The position numbers were made by a program, and so were the translations under genes. 50,364 bases of DNA from Methanobacteriota archaeon (GTDB lineage Archaea; Thermoplasmatota; Poseidoniia; MGIII; CG-Epi1): NCBI GenBank assembly GCA_014240055.1, contig JAAZXP010000004.1:1-50364 (forward strand). Direction: 5' to 3'. Under the pieces are notes generated by a model. It did no database searches. It was not told the origin of the DNA and saw only the letters and a program-made list of their open reading frames with translations. Positions within the stretch are counted from its first letter, which is position 1. Each line of letters opens with the position of its first letter. Shown piece after piece: positions 7,104-15,571 of the stretch.

Positions 7104-9367
7104 TATTCTTCCTCCTCAGCAACTTTTAGAGTTGGTATTTCTGTAAAACTATTGTGTGGTGGTGGTGATGAGGTAGCCCATTCCAAAGACCATCCATCCC
7201 AAGGATCGTCACCAGCTTCTTCACCATTTTTATAAGAATAAAATACATTATAAACAAAAATTAGTTGTGCTAGTCCAAATATCATTGCAGCTATAGATAT
7301 GAATTCATTCATATCAGTTAAAGCAGCATCATATGTTGCATATCGTCTTGGCATTCCAGATAATCCAACATTGTGCATGGGATAGAATGCAGCATTAAAG
7401 AAAATAAAAGACATTGCAAAATGGAAAAGTCCCAATTTTTCATTCATCATCTTTCCGGTCATCTTAGGGAACCAGTAATAGACTCCTCCAATGAATGAGA
7501 ATATTGTTCCTCCTACCAATACATAGTGAAAGTGAGCAACTACAAAATATCCGTCATGTAGTGCAATATCTATAGGTATTGAAGCTAAAACAATACCAGT
7601 AATACCTCCAATAGTAAACGTAATAACAGTTCCTAAAGCAAATACCATTGGTGTTTTCAATACAATGGACCCCCCCGTCATTGTGGCTAACCAATTGAAA
7701 ATCTTTATGCCCGTCGGCACCGCTACAAGCATTGTAGTCAGCATAACTATGAATCTGAAGAGCGGATCAGCTCCAGTTGTAAACATGTGGTGGCCATATA
7801 CAATAAAGGAAATAATTCCAATTGTTGCCATAGCATAAACCATTGAAGTATATCCAAAAATTGGTCTCCGGGAGAATGTAGTAATAATCTCAGAAAGAAC
7901 TCCAAATGCAGGTAAAATAACGATATAAACTTCAGGATGTCCAAAGTACCAAAATAAATGTTGCCATAATATTGGATCTGCACCAGCCTCTACATTGAAA
8001 TATAAAGTTCCAAATGTTCGGTCTGCCATCAATAAAATAAGTGCGACAGTAAAAACAGGAATAGAGAGCAATAGTAAGAATACTGTAATCAAAATTGACC
8101 ATGCGAAAAGCGGTAGCCTCATCATTGTGACACCAGGTGCTCTCATGCGAAGCATAGTTACCAAGAAATTAATTGCAGTTAATGTTGAGGAAGCACCCAA
8201 CATAATTTGTCCAACGACCCAGAAATCAGTACCTGGTGTAGTTGCAGTATCACCAGAAGAGTAAGGTGTATATCCAGTCCATCCAACATCTCCAGCTCCA
8301 CCTGTAAAGTATCCCATGTATATGACTATACCACCAGTTGGGAGTAACCAATAACTTAGTGCATTTAGTCTTGGAAATGCTAAGTCACGGGCGCCAATTT
8401 GAAGCGGAATCAAGTAATTTGCAAATCCAAAAATAATAGGCATGGCAGCCATGAAAATCATGGTTGTTCCATGCATAGTAAATGTCGAATTATATTCTTC
8501 ATAAGTTAGGAAATCACCATCTACTCTAGGTTCCATTAGTTGCCATCGAATTAAAAGCCCTAAAATACCACCAATAAAGAACCAAGCAAAACCAGTACAA
8601 ATATACATAATTCCGACATATTTGTGGTCTGTAGTTGTTAGCCAAGGATAGATTGATTTCCAGTATCCTTTCAAGACATCTTCAAATCCTTGATCTTTGG
8701 TAACCATTTGGTTTCCGATTACGACTACGCTTAGAGTAACTGCAATTATTGCAAATGCATAAATTAATTTTTGAGGGCCAGATAAATCTTCATTTGCTTC
8801 AATTTCAATTACTGCGTTTACTCCATACAGAGTTATAGCTTGTTTATTCCAATAATCATTTTGAGCTCCATCACCAGCGCCACTAACTGAATTACCATAT
8901 GCTACAAACTGTACTGATACATCGTCTTCACTTGGTGCAGTCCATTCAAAGGTCCATCCTCTGTAGTCATTACCTTCCGTAGTATGTGTTAAGTGTGTAA
9001 ATCCAAATGGTTTTTGAACAAAAGTGTCATTTGCGATAGGTGCCAGTTCACCATCACTAGCAGTTACAAAGAATCCACCTTGATTTTCACCTTCGGAGAG
9101 ATCATTAGGACCTCCAGAGATATTCAAGGTAATTGTGTAAGTTTCTCCACTTGTAAAGTTTTCAGGAAGAGTTAGGTTAACTATTACACTAGATGTCATA
9201 TCATTATTGGTATTGTGACAAGTACATCCATTAGCAATTACAGTTTCTGTAGTATTTTGATCAGTAATACCTGTAGGCAACCCATTTCCTGTAGGGAATG
9301 CAGTAATGGCAATTAGAATAGCAATTAAGAATCCAATACTTAATTTTCTTAGATTTTTATTAATCAT
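7103..9367 (-). CDS. coxA: Cytochrome c oxidase subunit I with a roughly 230-aa N-terminal extracytoplasmic extension
   Basis: Core runs from TTTDHKYVGIMYI through WFFGHPEVYI, HHMF and VAHFHYVL (haem/CuB ligand motifs). Residues 1-230 are not part of canonical subunit I. Confidence 0.95.
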   Translation of the reverse strand: MINKNLRKLSIGFLIAILIAITAFPTGNGLPTGITDQNTTETVIANGCTCHNTNNDMTSSVIVNLTLPENFTSGETYTITLNISGGPNDLSEGENQGGFFVTASDGELAPIANDTFVQKPFGFTHLTHTTEGNDYRGWTFEWTAPSEDDVSVQFVAYGNSVSGAGDGAQNDYWNKQAITLYGVNAVIEIEANEDLSGPQKLIYAFAIIAVTLSVVVIGNQMVTKDQGFEDVLKGYWKSIYPWLTTTDHKYVGIMYICTGFAWFFIGGILGLLIRWQLMEPRVDGDFLTYEEYNSTFTMHGTTMIFMAAMPIIFGFANYLIPLQIGARDLAFPRLNALSYWLLPTGGIVIYMGYFTGGAGDVGWTGYTPYSSGDTATTPGTDFWVVGQIMLGASSTLTAINFLVTMLRMRAPGVTMMRLPLFAWSILITVFLLLLSIPVFTVALILLMADRTFGTLYFNVEAGADPILWQHLFWYFGHPEVYIVILPAFGVLSEIITTFSRRPIFGYTSMVYAMATIGIISFIVYGHHMFTTGADPLFRFIVMLTTMLVAVPTGIKIFNWLATMTGGSIVLKTPMVFALGTVITFTIGGITGIVLASIPIDIALHDGYFVVAHFHYVLVGGTIFSFIGGVYYWFPKMTGKMMNEKLGLFHFAMSFIFFNAAFYPMHNVGLSGMPRRYATYDAALTDMNEFISIAAMIFGLAQLIFVYNVFYSYKNGEEAGDDPWDGWSLEWATSSPPPHNSFTEIPTLKVAEEEE

Positions 9368-10098
9368 GCAGTCTCCGTAATGTATAGTTTAGCTAACATT
9401 TGTGAGTGGCTTTTTCCACACATTTCAGCACAATATATGTTGTATTCACCAGGACTGACAGTTCCAGTATCTAACCATGCTAAAGTTTGTAAATTAGGAA
9501 CAACGTCTTGCTTAATTCCAATTTCTACAATATAAAACGCATGTAGTACGTCTTCAGAATTTATATTAAATCTAACAATACTATTATGAGGTATTTCTAA
9601 ACAATTATAGGTAATTTGCATATTTTGCATTGGATTTCCGTCTTGGTCAACTCCACCACATTTAGTAAATTCAGAAGGCATAGTATAATTTGAAGGCATT
9701 TCAAAAATCCACTGCCATTGTACTGCAAGAACTTCGACAGTCACATCAGTATCTTCTTCATCAGGTACATCCCACAAATAATTTAGAGGCGCTAAAGAGA
9801 TGATAGTAAGCCAAGTAACTAAAAGTAAAGGTGCAATAGTCCATGCTAATTCTATTACTGTATTTCCTCGTTCATGAGGGAAAACACCAGCTTCGAGAGC
9901 ATCTTTTGGATCAGGGTCACCGTCATTACGTCTAAAATAAACTAAATTATAGAAAAGCCAAGTAATTACGAGCAATCCTACAATTACCGACCAAATAAAC
10001 ATCTGCCATACAACTCCTCCAAAACCGCTACTAGTTCCTCCAAAGCTATTCCACATCGAGGGATTATCGAAAAAAATCAGGTCTTCGAGTAGTGACAT
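9364..10098 (-). CDS. coxB: Cytochrome c oxidase subunit II (CuA centre, no fused cytochrome c)
   Basis: DVLHAF ... CAEMCGKSHSQM gives the H, C-x-E-x-C-x3-H-x2-M CuA ligand set. Two N-terminal TM helices. ATGA overlap with coxA. Confidence 0.9.
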   Translation of the reverse strand: MSLLEDLIFFDNPSMWNSFGGTSSGFGGVVWQMFIWSVIVGLLVITWLFYNLVYFRRNDGDPDPKDALEAGVFPHERGNTVIELAWTIAPLLLVTWLTIISLAPLNYLWDVPDEEDTDVTVEVLAVQWQWIFEMPSNYTMPSEFTKCGGVDQDGNPMQNMQITYNCLEIPHNSIVRFNINSEDVLHAFYIVEIGIKQDVVPNLQTLAWLDTGTVSPGEYNIYCAEMCGKSHSQMLAKLYITETA

Positions 10099-10162
10099 TT
10101 TATTTCCTCAAGAAAGTAAAGTATTTTCCATATTTAGGATGGGTTAATTAAAGCTGATTACT

Positions 10163-11077
10163 TTACAACTCAATCAAATAGGCCGAATCAATAACTAGAC
10201 AGATAAACAAAGAATATAGATAGATATTTGAAAACTTAAATAGATCCCAAGCATCATTTTCAGACTTAGTTTTACGTAATGAAAATGCACAATAGGTAAA
10301 ATAACCGGAAAGAAGCATTCCTGTAATTAAGAAAAACACACCTGTATTTCCATAAAATGAAATAATTAAAGTAGTTGCAATCAGTGATGTAGTATATGCA
10401 GCAATATGATTCCTAGTAACATCTTCGCCTTTTACTACTGGAAGCATTGGAACACCAGCTTCTCCATAATCCTTTCTTTTAGAAAGTGTAAGAGACCAAA
10501 AATGTGGTGGGGTCCACATGAATATAATTAAAACCATTAACCAAGGCAATATTGCTTCTGTTTGTCCCGATGCAGCAACCCAACCAATTGCTGGAGGTGT
10601 TGAACCGGCAAGACCTCCAATCACAATATTGTGAGGAGTTCTTCTTTTGAGAAGCATAGTATAGATAAATACATAGAAAAAGGCACTAAATGCAGTAATC
10701 ATTCCCGCTTCTTTATGGCTTAGAAATGTAACTAAACCAATTCCGCTTGCACAAATTAAAAGTCCAAAAGTGAGGGCGTGATTTGGAGAAATGTATCCTG
10801 AGGGAATTGGTCTTTTTTCTGTTCTTTCCATTAAAGGATCAATATCTCTTTCATACCACATATTGATAGCCATAGAACCGCCACTAGCAAGAGAGCCTCC
10901 TAAAAGTACAATAAGAGAAGTCCAAATACTATCTAGAATAGTTCTTCCATTATCATATCCCTCTCTTAAATCATAAACTAAAACACCACAGATAGCTGTA
11001 GCTTGTAGAAGAACTACTACTCGGGGTTTCATTAGAATCCAGTAGATTTTTAGCAAAGAAGGTCTAGTTTGTGACAT
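10163..11077 (-). CDS. ctaB: Protohaem IX farnesyltransferase (haem O synthase)
   Basis: UbiA-family motifs NMWYERDIDPLMERTEKRPIPSG and a polytopic membrane profile. Sits between ctaA and coxB. Confidence 0.9.
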   Translation of the reverse strand: MSQTRPSLLKIYWILMKPRVVVLLQATAICGVLVYDLREGYDNGRTILDSIWTSLIVLLGGSLASGGSMAINMWYERDIDPLMERTEKRPIPSGYISPNHALTFGLLICASGIGLVTFLSHKEAGMITAFSAFFYVFIYTMLLKRRTPHNIVIGGLAGSTPPAIGWVAASGQTEAILPWLMVLIIFMWTPPHFWSLTLSKRKDYGEAGVPMLPVVKGEDVTRNHIAAYTTSLIATTLIISFYGNTGVFFLITGMLLSGYFTYCAFSLRKTKSENDAWDLFKFSNIYLYSLFICLVIDSAYLIEL

Positions 11078-12098
11078 TTTTCTCCTTTATTGAGATATTG
11101 ATTAGCAAATGAGTAGTTGCTAGAGTAAGAAAGACACATACGCCAACAAGTAGATGCATAAGTGAAAGCCACCCAAGGAAGCTTCCATCAACAGCTGTAA
11201 CAACATATAACCCTCCTAAAATAATATTCACAAAGTAAATTATTCCTGCAGTTTTAAGCATAGTTCTGACTATTGATTTTGAATTATTAAACTCTTTGTT
11301 TGCTTTTCTCTCTAAGTACAATAGCAATCCGCCCACGATCACGGCTGAGACTCTATGTCCATAATTCAGCATAATTCCGAATTGTTCTAATGTAGGCAGA
11401 ATTGAGCTTTGACACAACGGCCATCCTTTGTAAAATCCAATATCACAGGCAGCTCTATGGTAGCTTGTTGACAAGTACGCACCTATCATTAGCTGCACGA
11501 GAACTATGATACACATATACCAAATATATTTTGCTAATCTTTCGCTGATTTTATCAACACGTAATTTGTCAGGCAACCCCTCCTGTTTTTCCCACCATGC
11601 AAAGCCAACAGTAAGCAACGACACAGTAAATATTAGGGCCATGAATAAATGGAGTGATACAGTCCAGGGTGCGTTATCTAGATCAACAGTTACGTAACCT
11701 AGTACGGCTTGCATTATCAGGAACACACTAGATACAAAATGTATTCTGTAAACTTTATTTCCTATTTTATCTCTAAGTGACCAAGCAGTGTAATGGCTGT
11801 ACGCAACTAAAATCCCTATTATTCCAACTAGGCCTCTATGTGCCCATTCAGTAAAAATTTGGTAGGTTGTGTATCTGTGAGTTCCTCCTCGAGAATCTAC
11901 TTCGTCTGGGTTTTCTTCCCACCATTCACCTTGTTCTTCAGGTGTTATATCGAAGCCCCAGGTACCAAAGCATGTTGGCCAATCAGGACAACTTTCTCCA
12001 GCTCCACTAATTCGAATCCATCCTCCTGTAGTTATAATCAAAAAGGCAATCAGAGCCAATCCGAATGGAATCAAATGTGAGCGATACCACGGAGTCAT
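11064..12098 (-). CDS. ctaA: Haem A synthase (CtaA/COX15)
   Basis: Eight-helix profile, extracytoplasmic Cys pairs (CPDWPTC; CDIGFYKGWPLC) and conserved His in helices. 14-nt overlap with ctaB. Confidence 0.8.
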   Translation of the reverse strand: MTPWYRSHLIPFGLALIAFLIITTGGWIRISGAGESCPDWPTCFGTWGFDITPEEQGEWWEENPDEVDSRGGTHRYTTYQIFTEWAHRGLVGIIGILVAYSHYTAWSLRDKIGNKVYRIHFVSSVFLIMQAVLGYVTVDLDNAPWTVSLHLFMALIFTVSLLTVGFAWWEKQEGLPDKLRVDKISERLAKYIWYMCIIVLVQLMIGAYLSTSYHRAACDIGFYKGWPLCQSSILPTLEQFGIMLNYGHRVSAVIVGGLLLYLERKANKEFNNSKSIVRTMLKTAGIIYFVNIILGGLYVVTAVDGSFLGWLSLMHLLVGVCVFLTLATTHLLINISIKEKNVTN

Positions 12099-12215
12099 GT
12101 CGTTGAGGAAATCACAGGGTCTTTATAGTTGCGTTCGAAATCACTCGTTATGGTAAATAAAAGAGATAATTAGTGATTTAGATAAACATAAATACTGCCT
12201 CACTAACACAAGATT

Positions 12216-14027
12216 ATGTTCAGAAAGGCATTAGCACTGAGCTTGTTCGTCTCTCTTGTTTTGAGTGGCATATTCTTTTCACCAGCTTATAAAGCAGAAG
12301 AAGAAGAATTTTATGAAGATCAACCATATCTGCATTATGAATTGCGTATTCATGAGTTAGATACTAAGTCTATAAATGAGGAAGATAGCAATGATTTTAG
12401 TGGTTCAGTTTACATGCGTAGAGAATACTCTTCTGAAGAATCTAAAAATTTTAGAGAGTTATTGATAAAAAGTTATAAAATTTCTATTTTAGATGAAGAA
12501 TATATACAGAATATTAATTCAATTCTAACTTCTGTTGAAGAAGGAACAATGGATGCAGAGAAGGGCATAGATGACATTTCTAATCTAACTACAACATATG
12601 ATGGTAAAGCAAAGACTTTCTTGGATTATGAGATTACAACTAGTGAAATGGTTACACTAGATATGATAACGTGGGTCAGAGAAAATTTTGTTATGGAATC
12701 TACAGTTGATGAGATTCCCCGTGGTGTAATTTCTATGCGCATTGAAAACATAAATGAGACGCTAGATAGTGAAGGTGATATTGCTGAAAAAATTAATGAC
12801 ATTGAATATGAGATAACCAAAGAACATTATCATAGAGAAACAACAATCAATGGAGGTCCATTGTTAGAGATAAACGGTGTTCAAGCAGTGTGGTCTAATT
12901 GGGAACTTGAAAGTGTAGGTCCAACATCTCATTTGCTTGGCGGAGTTTCTTCTCAAAATGACAACCGTCTTTGGATTGGACAATGGATGCACATTGAATT
13001 TCCTAATGCAACACATACTTCTGGTAATCACACATTAAAATTTGAGTGGGCAGACGAAGACTTTAAAGGAAAAGAAACTAGTTTCCATGTAGGTTTAGGA
13101 TATGGTGAAGTTTTCACCAATATAACTACGAATGGGAATGATATTTACAGAGATGATTTTGAATCAGATTGGTTTAGTTTTTATTCGGACAACAATACAG
13201 TGGGCTCTTTCAGTGCAAATTTTGGACCCGGATATCCTGACTTTGAGACTTATAGTTGGCAAGAAGCTGTAGACTACGCTTCAACGCTCACTTATAATGG
13301 CGTCAATGGACATCTTGCAACAATAACTACTCAGGAAGAAGCTGATTTGATATATTCATTATTAGATGGAAGCTCATATTGGCTTGGTGGTTTTCATAAT
13401 ATGTCAAATCCAGATTATTTAGAACCATCCAATGGCTGGGAGTGGATAACTGGCGAACCTTTCAGTCAGGAATTCTGGGGCGATGGTGAACCTAATGAAG
13501 CTGGACCTGAAGATTGTCTTGAGGTCTGGGGCTTTGATAAATTTTTGAATGATAATCGCTGCCATATTGGATGGATGGGATTAGTCGTTGAATATGAAAT
13601 GACTAATGGTTCTAATCATTATGAAGCATATGTTCCAATGTGGAATTGGGATATGGAGAATGAAACGGATGTATTCTCAATGGTTATGGCAATGCCTCTC
13701 AGTGACGAGGAAAGAAATGAAATTTTGAAAGAGCAAGGTGATCCAGATGCGGATGATGATGGAATCGTGGATATTTTTGATGAAGACGATGATAATGATG
13801 GAATTGCTGATGATAATGATATGGATGATGATAATGACGGAATTGATGATGAGAATGACCGTTGTTCAGGAACTAAGAGTGGAGAGGCTGTTGATGAAGA
13901 TGGTTGCTCAGCATCTCAAATAATTGGAGAACTAAGCGATGAGGAAGGTGGCCTTCCTGGTTTTAGTTTTATTGTATCAATCATTGCAGTTTTAGGCTTA
14001 GCTATATTACGTAAGCCAAGACTGTAA
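12216..14027 (+). CDS. Secreted surface protein: C-type lectin-like domain + Asp-rich thrombospondin-type-3-like Ca repeats + PGF-CTERM anchor
   Basis: Signal peptide. CTLD spans 13254-13598 (WQEAVDYA..GHLATITTQEEADLIY..YWLGGF..WEWITGEPF..GEPNEAGPEDCLEVW..LNDNRCH..LVVEYE). DxDxDG repeats at 13740-13907. C-terminal GGLPGFSFIVSIIAVLGLAILRKPRL. Confidence 0.75.
   Translation: MFRKALALSLFVSLVLSGIFFSPAYKAEEEEFYEDQPYLHYELRIHELDTKSINEEDSNDFSGSVYMRREYSSEESKNFRELLIKSYKISILDEEYIQNINSILTSVEEGTMDAEKGIDDISNLTTTYDGKAKTFLDYEITTSEMVTLDMITWVRENFVMESTVDEIPRGVISMRIENINETLDSEGDIAEKINDIEYEITKEHYHRETTINGGPLLEINGVQAVWSNWELESVGPTSHLLGGVSSQNDNRLWIGQWMHIEFPNATHTSGNHTLKFEWADEDFKGKETSFHVGLGYGEVFTNITTNGNDIYRDDFESDWFSFYSDNNTVGSFSANFGPGYPDFETYSWQEAVDYASTLTYNGVNGHLATITTQEEADLIYSLLDGSSYWLGGFHNMSNPDYLEPSNGWEWITGEPFSQEFWGDGEPNEAGPEDCLEVWGFDKFLNDNRCHIGWMGLVVEYEMTNGSNHYEAYVPMWNWDMENETDVFSMVMAMPLSDEERNEILKEQGDPDADDDGIVDIFDEDDDNDGIADDNDMDDDNDGIDDENDRCSGTKSGEAVDEDGCSASQIIGELSDEEGGLPGFSFIVSIIAVLGLAILRKPRL
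13740..13907 (+). repeat. Asp-rich GAT/GAC low-complexity coding tract (DDDGIVD, DDDNDGIAD, DDDNDGIDD)
   Basis: Direct reading of the sequence. It generates the spurious out-of-frame ORF 13738..13923. Confidence 0.8.
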
Positions 14028-14032
14028 GCATC

Positions 14033-15445
14033 ATGCCTAATTCAGTAGATTTAGACAAAATATCAGAATTTGTAGACGAATGGTGGGACAAATCAGTCAT
14101 GCCAAGTCTTTGTGAGTTTGTTGAAATACCTGCCTTATCTCCCTCTTTTGATTCGGATTGGGAAGCTAATGGTTACTTAGATGCAGCAATTAACACATTT
14201 ATTGCTTGGACTCGTAGTTTGCCATTAAAGGGGCTTAGTCTTTCAGTTCATAAATTGAAAAACCGTTCACCTATCTTACTTGTCAAAATTGATGGAGATG
14301 CAGATGGAGAAGTTTTATTTTATTCACACTTAGATAAACAACCTGAAGCAAGTGGATGGTCTGAAGGAAAAGGACCTTGGAAACCAGTTATAGAAGATGG
14401 GTGGTTATTTGGTAGAGGGAGTGTTGATGATGGATATGGTGGTTATGCAGGGGTTTTGTCTATTTTGGCATTACAAGATCAAGGTATTTCTCATCCCACT
14501 TGTCGTTTTTTAATTGAAACGGGTGAGGAAAGCGGCTCTCCAGATTTATCATTTTATTTAGATGAATTAGAATCGGTTTTAGGAGTTCCAGATTTAGTAG
14601 TTGTATTAGATACAGGAGGAATTGATTATGATCGATTATGGGTTACTGAAAGTTTGCGTGGTATTGTCGCAGGCACTTTATCTGTAAAAGTATCTTCAGT
14701 AGGTGTTCATTCAGGGCATGGTAGTGGAGTTATGCCTTCTTCATTTCGCTTAGCCAGGCAATTGTTGTCAAGAATTGAAGATGAAAATACAGGTGAAATA
14801 AAACCAGAGTGGTTACACATAGACATTACTGACAAAATGAGAGAACAAGCAACCAAAATTATTGATATGGATTCAAATGCAGTAGATGATTTCCCATTAT
14901 TAGAAGGTGTTGAAAAACAGGTTAATGATCCACTTGATATTTTCTTAACTATGAATCTGTCACCAAGTTTGTCTATTATTGGAGCTGATGGGATTCCTTC
15001 TATACAAGATGCAGGAAATGTTTTGAGAACTAATACAGATCTTAAAATTTCAATACGGACACCTCCAGGAATAAGTGCAGAAGATGTTGCAGTCAAAGTT
15101 CAAAAATTACTTGAAGAAAATCCACCAAACGGAGCTCATGTTTCAGCAGAAATGACTGAAGTGGCAGATGGCTTTCTATCACCAGAATTGCCAGAAAAAT
15201 TATCTGAGATGCTAGAGGTCGCAGGGGAAAAATTTTACGGGAATAAGCCGATGTCTTTGTTTATTGGAGGGACAATACCAGTTATGGCTATGCTTCAATC
15301 TAGATATCCTGATTCTAAATTTATCATTACTGGGGCTGGAGGGCCGGGCGGTAATGCACATGGACCGGATGAAAAATTACATATTGGTACTGCAAAGAAA
15401 GTAACGATGTGTATGGCTGCAGCAGTTTCTAAAGCAATACGTTAA
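14033..15445 (+). CDS. M20-family metallopeptidase (dipeptidase-like)
   Basis: YSHLDKQPE, GRGSVDDGYGG and ETGEESGS metal-ligand blocks typical of M20. No signal peptide. Starts 5 nt after the lectin gene. Confidence 0.8.
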   Translation: MPNSVDLDKISEFVDEWWDKSVMPSLCEFVEIPALSPSFDSDWEANGYLDAAINTFIAWTRSLPLKGLSLSVHKLKNRSPILLVKIDGDADGEVLFYSHLDKQPEASGWSEGKGPWKPVIEDGWLFGRGSVDDGYGGYAGVLSILALQDQGISHPTCRFLIETGEESGSPDLSFYLDELESVLGVPDLVVVLDTGGIDYDRLWVTESLRGIVAGTLSVKVSSVGVHSGHGSGVMPSSFRLARQLLSRIEDENTGEIKPEWLHIDITDKMREQATKIIDMDSNAVDDFPLLEGVEKQVNDPLDIFLTMNLSPSLSIIGADGIPSIQDAGNVLRTNTDLKISIRTPPGISAEDVAVKVQKLLEENPPNGAHVSAEMTEVADGFLSPELPEKLSEMLEVAGEKFYGNKPMSLFIGGTIPVMAMLQSRYPDSKFIITGAGGPGGNAHGPDEKLHIGTAKKVTMCMAAAVSKAIR

Positions 15446-15541
15446 TAAGCGAACTGAATCGCCTATTAAAATATAGTAATAAGTACTATTTTGTTCTCTT
15501 AAATACTTTTATTGCCGTATTTATGATGGTCTGATAATAAC

Positions 15542-15549
15542 TATATATA
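15542..15549 (+). promoter_or_regulatory. Candidate archaeal TATA box (TATATATA) centred about 27 nt upstream of ATG 15572
   Basis: The position implies a leaderless or near-leaderless mRNA. The same geometry occurs at several first genes in this window. Confidence 0.4.
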
Positions 15550-15571
15550 GCAATTTCGACAAACCTGAAAT

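Noticed and set aside
9215-9229. GCTCH in the CoxA N-terminal domain as a c-type haem attachment site
   Set aside because: Covalent haem c attachment needs CxxCH (or longer spacers). Here only one residue separates the cysteines, and no cytochrome c maturation genes are visible. The Cys/His may still be a ligand, but not a classical haem c site.
13738-13923. 61-aa Met-rich ORF (MIQMRMMMESW...)
   Set aside because: It is an out-of-frame reading of the GAT-GAT-GAT Asp repeat in the lectin gene, with no independent support.
15523-15534. ATGATGG followed by CTGA, reminiscent of C and D boxes of an archaeal sRNA
   Set aside because: The two boxes are separated by a single nucleotide. There is no guide region, no C'/D' pair and no terminal stem, so this is chance in AT-rich DNA.
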